A DNA stretch of 64,000 bases from an uncultured Candidatus Binatia bacterium (GTDB lineage Bacteria; Desulfobacterota; Binatia; UBA9968; JAJDTQ01). The stretch lies in assembly GCA_964291295.2 (NCBI GenBank), contig OZ219754.1:256001-320000 (forward strand), written 5' to 3'. The position numbers were made by a program, and so were the translations under genes. This document shows positions 49,838-58,416 of the stretch, in pieces (within the stretch, counting starts at the first letter, position 1; every line of letters starts with the position of its first letter). The notes beneath the pieces were generated by a model, which had not been told where the DNA came from, did no database searches, and was given only the letters and a program-made list of their open reading frames with translations.

Positions 49838-50623
49838 ATGAACGCATTGTTGAAGATCTATCAGCGGCAGCGCAGATGGATGAACGCCGTCTTCGGCCTC
49901 GCCATCGTCACGGTGTTCTGGACCTTCGCCAACTGGCAGGTGAACAGCGAGCTGTTCTTCGTGGGGCCGTGGCGTGTCGTCACCTACACCTACGGACTCT
50001 TCGCCAGCGGCGAGATCATCGACGACCTGCGGATCAGCGGCATCGAGTTCTTCCTGGGCTATGGCGTGGCCGCGGTCACGGGCGTCGGCCTGGGCATGGT
50101 TTTCGGCATCAGCCGGGTCTTCCGGGAGTTCTTCGACCCTTGGCTCAGCGCCCTCTACGCCACACCCTCCGTGGCCCTGGCCCCGCTCATCATCATCTGG
50201 TTCGGCGTGGACCTCACAGCCAAGATCGTCATCGTGCTGATCACCGCGGTGGTACCCATCGTGCTGAACACCTACACGGGCGTACTGAGCGTCGGCAAGG
50301 AGTTCCAGACCCTGGCCCATTCCTTCTGCATTCCCAGGAACGAGATTCTCTACAAGATCCTCATCCCCGGTTCGCTCCCCTACATCGTGACGGGGCTGCG
50401 CCTCGGCATCTCCCGCGGCATCGTGGGAGTCGTGGTGGGAGAGTATTTCGGCGCCTATGCGGGACTGGGCTATCAACTGTTCAAGGGACTGGATACCTTC
50501 AACATGCCGCTGATGATGTCATGCGCGGTTATGCTGGCCGGTGCCGGCGTGGTGTTGAACCAGGTAATCCTGATGGTCGAGCGGCGGATGGCGCCCTGGC
50601 GCGATTCCCAGTTGCAGGAGTAG
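49838..50623 (+). CDS. ABC transporter permease (SsuC/TauC/NitT family)
   Basis: Paralogue of the upstream permease; PGSLPYIVTGLRLG. Confidence 0.9.
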   Translation: MNALLKIYQRQRRWMNAVFGLAIVTVFWTFANWQVNSELFFVGPWRVVTYTYGLFASGEIIDDLRISGIEFFLGYGVAAVTGVGLGMVFGISRVFREFFDPWLSALYATPSVALAPLIIIWFGVDLTAKIVIVLITAVVPIVLNTYTGVLSVGKEFQTLAHSFCIPRNEILYKILIPGSLPYIVTGLRLGISRGIVGVVVGEYFGAYAGLGYQLFKGLDTFNMPLMMSCAVMLAGAGVVLNQVILMVERRMAPWRDSQLQE

Positions 50624-50626
50624 TTC

Positions 50627-51418
50627 GTGTCTTCATCGATTCAGGTAGAACAGATCCACAAGACCTTCGTGAAACCCACCGGAGAGACCGTTCACGCGGT
50701 GGGCGGCGTCGACATGGACCTCCGCCCCGGGACGTTCTATTCGTTCGTGGGGCCCAGCGGCTGCGGCAAGACCACGCTGTTGCACATGATCCACGGGCTG
50801 GTGCCGCCCACCCGGGGGCGCATCCTGCTGGACGGGGTGGAAGTCGCCGGCCCGACACCCAACAAGGCCGTCGTGTTCCAGCAGGCGCTCCTGTTGCCTT
50901 GGCGCACCGTCATCGACAACATCCGGTTCGGCATCGAGAACGACCGCACGAAATCCGCCGCCGAGAAGCTGGATATCTGCGAAAAATACACGCAGGTCGT
51001 CGGTCTGCGGGGCTTCGAGAGCCACTACCCCCATGAACTGTCCGGCGGCATGCAGCAGCGCGTGAACCTCGCCCGGGCGCTGGCGGTGGATCCCGAGATC
51101 CTGCTGATGGACGAACCCTTCGCCTCCCTGGACGCTCAGACTCGACTGCTCATGCAGGAAGAGCTCCAGCGCATGATCGACTGGAAGAACTCGGGCAAGA
51201 TCGTGGTCTTCGTCACCCACGACATCGAGGAAGCGGTGTTTCTGTCCGACGTCGTGTTCTGCTTCAGCTTCAGGCCGGGTACGATCATGAAAGAGATCAA
51301 GGTGCCCTTCCCCACTCCCCGCACCCTGAGAGTCAAGGAAGAACCCGAATTCCTGCAGATCAAGCACGACATCTGGGAGCTGCTGGCGGACGAGGCGCGC
51401 AAGGCCATGGAGGAATAG
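50627..51418 (+). CDS. ABC transporter ATP-binding protein (TauB/NrtD type)
   Basis: GPSGCGKT, LSGGMQQR, LLMDEPF and VTHDIEEA. Confidence 0.95.
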   Translation: MSSSIQVEQIHKTFVKPTGETVHAVGGVDMDLRPGTFYSFVGPSGCGKTTLLHMIHGLVPPTRGRILLDGVEVAGPTPNKAVVFQQALLLPWRTVIDNIRFGIENDRTKSAAEKLDICEKYTQVVGLRGFESHYPHELSGGMQQRVNLARALAVDPEILLMDEPFASLDAQTRLLMQEELQRMIDWKNSGKIVVFVTHDIEEAVFLSDVVFCFSFRPGTIMKEIKVPFPTPRTLRVKEEPEFLQIKHDIWELLADEARKAMEE

Positions 51419-51582
51419 CCGACGGTTTGCCAGGCCGGCATCGTTGTCGGACCGCACTCCGGCCTGGTGGAACAAGGCGTGGACACAGAAGCAAGGAGTC
51501 ACGGATTGCCCCGGAGCCGACGGCGCCGGAAGCAAACCTTTGTCAGGCGCTGCACCGCAGCCGTTAACCAAGGAGGAGACTC

Positions 51583-52608
51583 ATGAGGCGCAAGTCTAAC
51601 ATCCCAAGGGGAATCGTGGTGGCGCTGGCAGTCGCGGGACTGCTGCTGGGCGGCCATGCGTTCGCACTGGAAAAGCTCCGCATTCCGGTGGCGCAGACCA
51701 GCTCGACGACGTCGCTGGTGGAGCAGGTGGCGATCCACAAGGGTTTCTTCAAGGACATCGGCTACGACGCCAAGGTCTATTCCGTATCGGGCGGTGAGAA
51801 TGCCGCCGTGCTGGCGCTGGAGCGGGGTCAGCTCCCTTTCTTCGGGTCTGACGACAACATCGCGCTGGCCATTCGACCGGGCAGCAACATTCGCATCGTC
51901 GGCACCGAGGTGAACACCCTGCCCTACTGGCTCGTGGGCGGGAAGCACGTCAAGTCCTACAAGGATCTGCCGCGGCCGGTAAAGGTGGGCATCAGCTCTC
52001 CCACGTCCGGCAACGTCTATGTTTCCCTCAAGCTGCTGCAGAATGCGGGCATCCCGGAGAAGGATGTGCGCCTGGTGAAGGTCGGCGGCTCGTCGGCGCG
52101 GCTGGCCGGCGTCAAGGCCGGCAAGATCGACGTGGGCTCGCTTACCTTCGGCAAGATGCTGCTGGCGCGGGAGGCGGAATTGACGGTTCTCGGCTCGGCA
52201 AGCCAGTTCGTCAAGGAATACGCGTTCCTGCAACTCGCCATGAACAAGACGTTCATCAAGGACAACCCCGAGAAGGCCACCGCCCTGTTCGGCACGCTCA
52301 TTCGCTCGTGCGCCTACATCAACGACCCGGCGAACGGTGAAGAGATACTGCACGTCTACCAGGACGTGATGCGCAACAAGCCGAACATCGCCAAGCAGAT
52401 GTACGAAATCGAGATCGTCGACGGAAAGGCCATCCCCGATCGCTGTCAGGCGACCGCGGCGGGCATAAAAGCGTACATTGATTCGGCCTTCTGGACCAAG
52501 TCCATCGCGGCGGACACGGAGATTCCGCCGATGGACCAGATCATGTTCCCGGAGTTCTACGCCCAGGCGCTGGCCTGGTACAACAACAAGGGCTGGATGA
52601 AGAATTAG
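51583..52608 (+). CDS. ABC substrate-binding protein (NMT1/SsuA-like)
   Basis: Signal peptide ending AFA, KGFFK..G and AGKID. AAGGAGG RBS. Confidence 0.8.
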   Translation: MRRKSNIPRGIVVALAVAGLLLGGHAFALEKLRIPVAQTSSTTSLVEQVAIHKGFFKDIGYDAKVYSVSGGENAAVLALERGQLPFFGSDDNIALAIRPGSNIRIVGTEVNTLPYWLVGGKHVKSYKDLPRPVKVGISSPTSGNVYVSLKLLQNAGIPEKDVRLVKVGGSSARLAGVKAGKIDVGSLTFGKMLLAREAELTVLGSASQFVKEYAFLQLAMNKTFIKDNPEKATALFGTLIRSCAYINDPANGEEILHVYQDVMRNKPNIAKQMYEIEIVDGKAIPDRCQATAAGIKAYIDSAFWTKSIAADTEIPPMDQIMFPEFYAQALAWYNNKGWMKN

Positions 52609-52756
52609 GCCCGCCCGCAGCCCCGGCGCACCGACAGAAGGGACCCTTCCGATGTCACGGGACATGGGGAGGGTTCCTTTCCTTTCAACCTTTCCCGGCA
52701 CCCCGCCGCACACCGGACCGTCGCACGCCGAGCCTTCGCAGGTTCCAGGCGAGTCG

Positions 52757-53953
52757 CTACCCGAGCATCCGGAGGGCGGCGGCGGCGTAAATCCTGGCCG
52801 CCCGGCGCACCTGCTCCAACGGCACCACCTCGGCATCGGTGTGGGCGAAGGCCAGGTCTCCCGGGCCGAACATGACGGTCTCGATGCCCTTCTCGTTCAG
52901 GTAGCCCGCATCCAGCGCCGCCGGGAACCAGACGGGCGGCCCGGTTTCGCCGGCCATCCCGCGCGCCGCCTCCAACGCCACCGCCACCTCGCTGTCTCCC
53001 GGCACCTCGGCGGGATACATGAAGGCGCCCCGGGTCACCTCCACCTGCCAGGGCGCCATGTCCGCCAGCGCCCGGGAGATGGCGGCCAACGCCTCGACGG
53101 GGTCGTCGCCGGGCAGAAGCCGCCGGTCGAGCGTCAACCGGCAATGGTCCTGAATCGTGTGGAGGATATTCGGCCCGCTTTCGATGTGGGTGGCTGCCAG
53201 ACTCGCCTGGCCCAGTTCCGGATGGACGTGGCCCGCCACCAGACCGTCCAGGCGCTCCAACACCGCGCGGGCGCCGTCCACCGCGTTGACCCCGGACCAC
53301 GGCGTGCTGCTGTGACAGGAGCTCCCCCGCACCATCACCTCCACGTCGATCCTTCCCTTGTTGCCCAGACAGACCCGGTTGCCGGTGCCCAGCCCGACGA
53401 TGGCGTGCCGTGCCGCGAGCCCGTCCTGTTCCAGCATGTACCGGGCCGCGTCGTGCCGTCCGGTCTCCCCGGCCGTGCTCACCGCCAGGGACAGGGGGCG
53501 CGCCGGCTTCCGGCCCGACCGCCGCACCGCGGCCGCGGCCGCCAGCATGGCCGCCAGCGCCGCCTTCTGTTCGCAGCCGCCCCGGCCCCACATGCACGGT
53601 CCCTCAAACCCGTGGGGCTCTCCGGGCACGATCTTTCCCGAAAACGGCTCCGGCATGGCGCCCGCCGGATAGGTCATGGCGTAGCCCATGAAGAGCAGCC
53701 CGTCCGCCGGGTCCGCCTGCGGCGGCCCGAGTTGCCACAGGAGGTTGCCCATGCCGTCGAGCCGGGGCGCCACGCCGGTGAGCGCTTCGAGCGCCGGCGC
53801 CACCACACCGGCGATAAAGGCCTTGAGCGCCGGATCGGCTTCCATGCGCTCGGTGTGAACCGACGGGACCCGTACCAGACGGGTGAACAACCCGTCCAGC
53901 CCGGGATCGTCGACGTTCGCGTCCGCGATGACGAAGGCTTCCCGCGCATCCAT
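52757..53953 (-). CDS. M20 ArgE/DapE-like metallo-amidohydrolase with divergent metal ligands
   Basis: GRGGCEQK, AGETG, G.SCHSS.P..G.NA, DRRLLPG and FGPG...AH..AE. Confidence 0.8.
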   Translation of the reverse strand: MDAREAFVIADANVDDPGLDGLFTRLVRVPSVHTERMEADPALKAFIAGVVAPALEALTGVAPRLDGMGNLLWQLGPPQADPADGLLFMGYAMTYPAGAMPEPFSGKIVPGEPHGFEGPCMWGRGGCEQKAALAAMLAAAAAVRRSGRKPARPLSLAVSTAGETGRHDAARYMLEQDGLAARHAIVGLGTGNRVCLGNKGRIDVEVMVRGSSCHSSTPWSGVNAVDGARAVLERLDGLVAGHVHPELGQASLAATHIESGPNILHTIQDHCRLTLDRRLLPGDDPVEALAAISRALADMAPWQVEVTRGAFMYPAEVPGDSEVAVALEAARGMAGETGPPVWFPAALDAGYLNEKGIETVMFGPGDLAFAHTDAEVVPLEQVRRAARIYAAAALRMLG

Positions 53954-53955
53954 GG

Positions 53956-54609
53956 TCAGCGGTCTTCCGTTTCGAATATCTCCACCCGCACCGACTGCCC
54001 CCGGCCGGATTCCGGGCAGGCGCTGAGGGCCACCAGGCAGTCCAGCTCGGCGCGAAAGTCCACGCGGGCCTCTTTTGCGGGACGCACGAAGGTGTCGAAC
54101 AGGGCGCCGCTGTCCGGATCGATGCGCATGGTCTGGAAGATGTTGAACGGGCTCGGGATGTCCACCGGGGCGACGCCCCAGGGCGCCACCGCCTCCGACA
54201 GGTTCTCGTAGCAGCCGTGGGAAGGCATCTCCTCCGGCCTCCCGGGATTGGGGTCCACCCCCTCGATGAAGTTGCGCCGGGCCAGGCCTGCGGCCACCAG
54301 TTCGAAGCGCCTGCGGCTGCACATGCCCTTTTGCAGATCATGCCGTCCTTCGTGGAACGTGTCCGCCACGATGGTCAGCAGCGGATTGTTGAGCTTCGAC
54401 AGGAGCTGGTCTCCGGTGCTGATGAAGAGCTTGGCCTGGTTGGTCTTGGTCCGGGCCTGGTCAAAGCGCTCGGTGAGGTCATGGAGGTTGAAGGCGACGA
54501 AATCCACCACCGACCTCCCGGCCACACGGATGCACCGACCCTTCGTCACCACAAAGGCTCGGCCCGAATTCTTCGGCACCATCACGCTGCCGAGAACGCT
54601 TTCCGACAT
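53956..54609 (-). CDS. DUF1989 (urea carboxylase-associated) protein, second copy
   Basis: VDF, ERFDQARTK, HDLQKGMC, HGCYENL, PFNIFQ and AELDCLVALSACP. Confidence 0.85.
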   Translation of the reverse strand: MSESVLGSVMVPKNSGRAFVVTKGRCIRVAGRSVVDFVAFNLHDLTERFDQARTKTNQAKLFISTGDQLLSKLNNPLLTIVADTFHEGRHDLQKGMCSRRRFELVAAGLARRNFIEGVDPNPGRPEEMPSHGCYENLSEAVAPWGVAPVDIPSPFNIFQTMRIDPDSGALFDTFVRPAKEARVDFRAELDCLVALSACPESGRGQSVRVEIFETEDR

Positions 54610-54781
54610 CTCTTTTCATCCTCTCCGGCCGTGGCGCTGCAGGCGCCCGGCAGTTTATGACGTAAACCCTCCCGGGTAAAGGCATCCTGACGTCTCACGG
54701 CGTCCTGGCGTCTCACGCTTGCGTTCGACCAAGGCTTCTGCTAATTCGGTTACACACGCAATACCACGAAGGAGAGACATC

Positions 54782-55498
54782 ATGTTCACCGACAAGGTCG
54801 AACTCAAGGACTTCGAGAAGATGGATCCGGAGTACCAGGATCTGCTGAAGCGGGTGCTTGCGATCCAGTGCGACTGCGAGATCGGCGGGCCGCATCTCTA
54901 CCTGGAAGACATTCTTCCCAACGCCCCGACGAAGCTCTATCAACTCGTGGTGGCGCGCACCGCCGCCGAAGAGGTGGACCACTACCGGAAGATGGCCAAG
55001 CTGGCCGGCGACGTCGGCGAGGACGTCTCCTACGTCCTGAGCTGGCCGAACCGGAAACGTTATGTGGAGGCCTTTCGCGGCAAGATCACCACTTGGGAAG
55101 ACTTCGCCGTCTTCGGCTTCCTGATCGACCGGGTGGGGCGGTACCAGCTCGAGGAATTCGAAGATTGCAGCTACGTGCCGCTTGCCGAGATCCTTCCCAC
55201 CATGGAGCAGGAGGAAGTGGCCCACATCTCCTTCGGCACCAACATCACCCGGGAGATGGCCGACAAGGGCGGCGAGTCCAGGGAGCGCGTCCAGCGGGCG
55301 ATCAACTACTGGTACGTCAAGGGCCTGGACATGTTCGGCAAGTCCGACTCCCGGCGCTCCGAGCGATACCGCTACTGGGGGCTCAAGCGGCGCACCAACG
55401 CCGAGCAACGGCAGCAGTACACCGACGAGGTCAACCCCCTGATCACGGACATGGGGCTGGAGATTCCCGACCCCGGAAAGGGCCGTCTCTACAACTGA
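54782..55498 (+). CDS. PaaA/BoxB-like ferritin-fold diiron protein
   Basis: Ligand pattern E(IGG), EEVDH, D(RVG), EEVAH, plus VQRAINYWY..GLDMFG and YWGLKRRTN.E.RQ. Confidence 0.8.
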   Translation: MFTDKVELKDFEKMDPEYQDLLKRVLAIQCDCEIGGPHLYLEDILPNAPTKLYQLVVARTAAEEVDHYRKMAKLAGDVGEDVSYVLSWPNRKRYVEAFRGKITTWEDFAVFGFLIDRVGRYQLEEFEDCSYVPLAEILPTMEQEEVAHISFGTNITREMADKGGESRERVQRAINYWYVKGLDMFGKSDSRRSERYRYWGLKRRTNAEQRQQYTDEVNPLITDMGLEIPDPGKGRLYN

Positions 55499-55511
55499 GG
55501 CTGATTCCGGA

Positions 55512-55700
55512 ATGGCAAAGGCACCCCACACCAACGAGTTGGACGAGCACCTGAAGGACTGCGTCGCCGCGGTTCGCGGCGCCGTCAACCGGGCGATCCC
55601 CAACATCAAGGACGAGAAGACCGTCGATCAGGCCCTCCGGGATTGCCGGGAGGTACTGGACATGGTGATGGAGGGGAAGGTATCCGAGTGGCTGGAGTGA
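55512..55700 (+). CDS. small hypothetical protein (62 aa)
   Basis: Starts 13 nt after the diiron gene with GC3-rich codons and an amphipathic helical pattern. Confidence 0.65.
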   Translation: MAKAPHTNELDEHLKDCVAAVRGAVNRAIPNIKDEKTVDQALRDCREVLDMVMEGKVSEWLE

Positions 55701-55817
55701 CGGCGCCCGAAGCCCCGGCCCTCCTCCGGTCCCTTCGAGCCCGTTCGAACTCACGTCGTGGCCCGTCTTGGCCGCGGTTTCCATTGAGTTTTCACTGACC
55801 TGCCGGAGGTTCGCACC

Positions 55818-56597
55818 TTGGACATCGTGGTCTGCGGCAAGATCATACCCGCCAGCACCGTGACCATCGAGATCGACCCCTCCACCCGGCGGATGATCCG
55901 CAAGGGCGTGGCCCACGAACTGGATCCGGCCGCCGCCAGCGCGGTGGAAGAGGCCCTGCGGCTGAAAGAGAAGGATGGCGGCACGGTCACGCTGGTGACC
56001 ATGGGCTTCAACGAGATCACCATCGGCATACGGACCGCTCTGGCCATGGGGTGCACATCCGCGGTTCACATCTTCGACGAGGCATTGGCGGGGTCGGACG
56101 CCCTGGCGACAGCCAAGGCCCTGGCGGCGGCCATCGCGAAGCAGCCCTTCGACCTGGTCATCTGCGGCACCGAGAGCAGCGACAGCTATTCCGGCATCGT
56201 GCCGGGCCAGATCGCGCGGCTCCTTGGAGTGCCGCCGGTCACCTTCGCCAACGAGATGACCGTCCAGGGCTCCACCCTGTCCATCCAGCGGCAGAGCGAG
56301 ACGGGCTACGACGTGGTCGAGGCCGACCTGCCGGCACTGGTGACGGTCACCAGCGGCATCAACGAGCCGCGCTACCCCCAGCTCAGGGGCATCATGGCGG
56401 CCAAGCGCAAGGAAATCCTGCAATACTCGATCCAGGATCTGGGGCTCACGGCGGACGACGTGGGCGAGCGGGGCGCCCGGGAAAGGGTGCTCGAGGTAGG
56501 CAGGCCGCCGAAGCGCGAGGCCGGTGAGGTGGTGCAGGACGAGGGCGACGGGGGCAGGCGCATCGCCGACTTTCTGGCCGAGGCCAAGGTCGTATAG
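55818..56597 (+). CDS. etfB: electron transfer flavoprotein beta subunit
   Basis: IVVCGK.IP, AVEEAL.LKE, GSD.LATA and INEPRYP.L.GIMAAK.K. Confidence 0.92.
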   Translation: MDIVVCGKIIPASTVTIEIDPSTRRMIRKGVAHELDPAAASAVEEALRLKEKDGGTVTLVTMGFNEITIGIRTALAMGCTSAVHIFDEALAGSDALATAKALAAAIAKQPFDLVICGTESSDSYSGIVPGQIARLLGVPPVTFANEMTVQGSTLSIQRQSETGYDVVEADLPALVTVTSGINEPRYPQLRGIMAAKRKEILQYSIQDLGLTADDVGERGARERVLEVGRPPKREAGEVVQDEGDGGRRIADFLAEAKVV

Positions 56598-57560
56598 ATG
56601 TCCGACGTTATCTGGGTCTATGGCGAGGTAGTGGAGGACGCCGTCAGTTCCACCACGCTGGAGATGGTGACAAAGGCCGCGGAAGTGGGCACGGCGGAGG
56701 CGATCCTGCTCGGTCCGGCCCCCGACAACGCGGTGGAACTGCTGGGCCAACACGGCGCCGGCAAGGTCTATCGGTCGCAAGACCCGGTCTTTCGCGACTG
56801 TCTGACACTGCCGGCGGTGGCGGTGGTCGAGTCGCTTATCCGCGAGCACGAGCCCGCGGTGCTGATGCTGGCGTCGAGCTACGGCGGCCGTGACGTGGCC
56901 GCGGCCTTGAGCGCCAGCCTCGACTGCGGTGCCATCACCGACGTCGCCGACTTTGACCTGACGGACGGCACCGTCGAGGCCAGGATCCCCGCCCTGGGCG
57001 CCAGCTACTGGAACACCGCCACGCTGGTGCACGACGATGTCAAGCTCCTGCTCGTGAGGCCCAGGGCTTTCGAACCCGCGCTGAAACCCAGGACCCCGGT
57101 GGTGCAGGAAGTCGCCCCCCCGGATGACGTGAATCTCCACAGAGTCCGGCTCAAGGAGAAGGTCGCCGCCAAGGCCGAGGGTCCCCAACTGGACAGCGCC
57201 AACGTCATTGTCGCCGGCGGACGCGGCTTGGCCGGGGCCGAGAATTTCGACATGCTGCGGGAACTGGCCGACCTGCTGGGCGGCGCCGTCGGAGCCACCC
57301 GCGCGGTGGTGGACTCCGGTTGGCTGCCCTGGTCCCTGCAGATCGGCCAGACCGGCAAGACCGTCAAGCCGGACCTCTACATCGCCTGCGGCATCTCCGG
57401 CGCGGTGCAGCACCTCGCCGGCATGAAGGACTCCAGGATAATCGTCGCCGTCAACAAGGACGCCGACGCCCCCATCTTCCAGATGTGCGACCTGGGCATC
57501 GTGGGCGACGTCTTCAAGGTCATCCCCCAACTGATCGACGAACTGAAGGCGCGGAGGTGA
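56598..57560 (+). CDS. etfA: electron transfer flavoprotein alpha subunit
   Basis: [38 protein letters not shown] and NKD..APIF. Confidence 0.95.
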   Translation: MSDVIWVYGEVVEDAVSSTTLEMVTKAAEVGTAEAILLGPAPDNAVELLGQHGAGKVYRSQDPVFRDCLTLPAVAVVESLIREHEPAVLMLASSYGGRDVAAALSASLDCGAITDVADFDLTDGTVEARIPALGASYWNTATLVHDDVKLLLVRPRAFEPALKPRTPVVQEVAPPDDVNLHRVRLKEKVAAKAEGPQLDSANVIVAGGRGLAGAENFDMLRELADLLGGAVGATRAVVDSGWLPWSLQIGQTGKTVKPDLYIACGISGAVQHLAGMKDSRIIVAVNKDADAPIFQMCDLGIVGDVFKVIPQLIDELKARR

Positions 57561-57573
57561 GGCGCAGGGTCTG

Positions 57574-57602
57574 TTGACGCCAGGCCCGGTCCATGGTATC
57601 CT
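57574..57602 (+). promoter_or_regulatory. sigma70 promoter
   Basis: TTGACG-N17-TATCCT with an extended -10 TG. Confidence 0.65.
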
Positions 57603-57608
57603 CGCTCC

Positions 57609-57686
57609 ATATCCTTGCTCCGTATTGCTGACACGCCATCCAACCCCCTCGGGAGCGAGCCGTAACCGGCCCCGAGGGGTTTCTTT
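57609..57686 (+). ncRNA. candidate small RNA (~80 nt)
   Basis: Bounded by the promoter and a terminator (AACCCCCTCGGG...CCCGAGGGGTT-TCTTT). No RBS or ORF; the 5' part is C/U-rich. Confidence 0.5.
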
Positions 57687-57845
57687 ACATACGCGCTCTA
57701 CCACCCGTGCCTCGCCAGGCGGTGCCTCGCCAAGTGTCGCAAAATCGTCGACCAGAACGTCACTGATCGACGATCCCGTCGGCGGCGCCCCACCGGAGAA
57801 ACCTGCAAGACCGCATCATTACCGGGGCTTGGCGTGGTCCGTGGT

Positions 57846-57862
57846 CTGGCACGATTGTTGCT
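57846..57862 (+). promoter_or_regulatory. sigma54 (-24/-12) promoter
   Basis: CTGGCACGATTGTTGCT matches TGGCACG-N4-TTGCW. Confidence 0.8.
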
Positions 57863-57919
57863 CTACAAGGATATCGAAAAACCGCCTCAACCGAGGCCGT
57901 CTCAACCGAGGAACTCACG

Positions 57920-58147
57920 ATGCAATCACTCACGCTTCTGGACGTGATCAACGCCGTAGGCGAATACGCCAGGACTCCCGACGAAATGAAGGCCGTGGTC
58001 ATCCACCTGGTCAACAGCGGCAAGGTGAAACTGCGCGGCGAACTGGCCGGCTGCAAGATCGACTGCGGCCCGGATGGGGCGCTCAAGCTCGTCACCATCG
58101 GATCCCGGACCGTTCTGCCCCAACAGGCTCTGGACCAGGCAGGGTAG
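57920..58147 (+). CDS. small hypothetical protein (75 aa)
   Basis: GAGG RBS, a sigma54 promoter upstream and GC3-rich codons. Confidence 0.75.
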   Translation: MQSLTLLDVINAVGEYARTPDEMKAVVIHLVNSGKVKLRGELAGCKIDCGPDGALKLVTIGSRTVLPQQALDQAG

Positions 58148-58416
58148 CGGCCCGCAGCCGCGGGTGATGCGACACGCACCGAATTCCCGACGGTGCTCGA
58201 CAGCGCAACCGTCCGATCCTCGACAGCCGACTCTTCCGGCGGGCGGATGAATGCCGGCGGCTACGGCTCCACCCTCGTGGCACCCGATAGCGTCTTTGAC
58301 CGCCGCGATGCCTCCACCATGATGAAAGAGGACGGCTGCCCGCTGCTTCAGGTCCGCAGCGCCTTTCCGTACCGGGGATTGACCATCGCCCGGAGGATGC
58401 AGGGTATGGATCCCGC

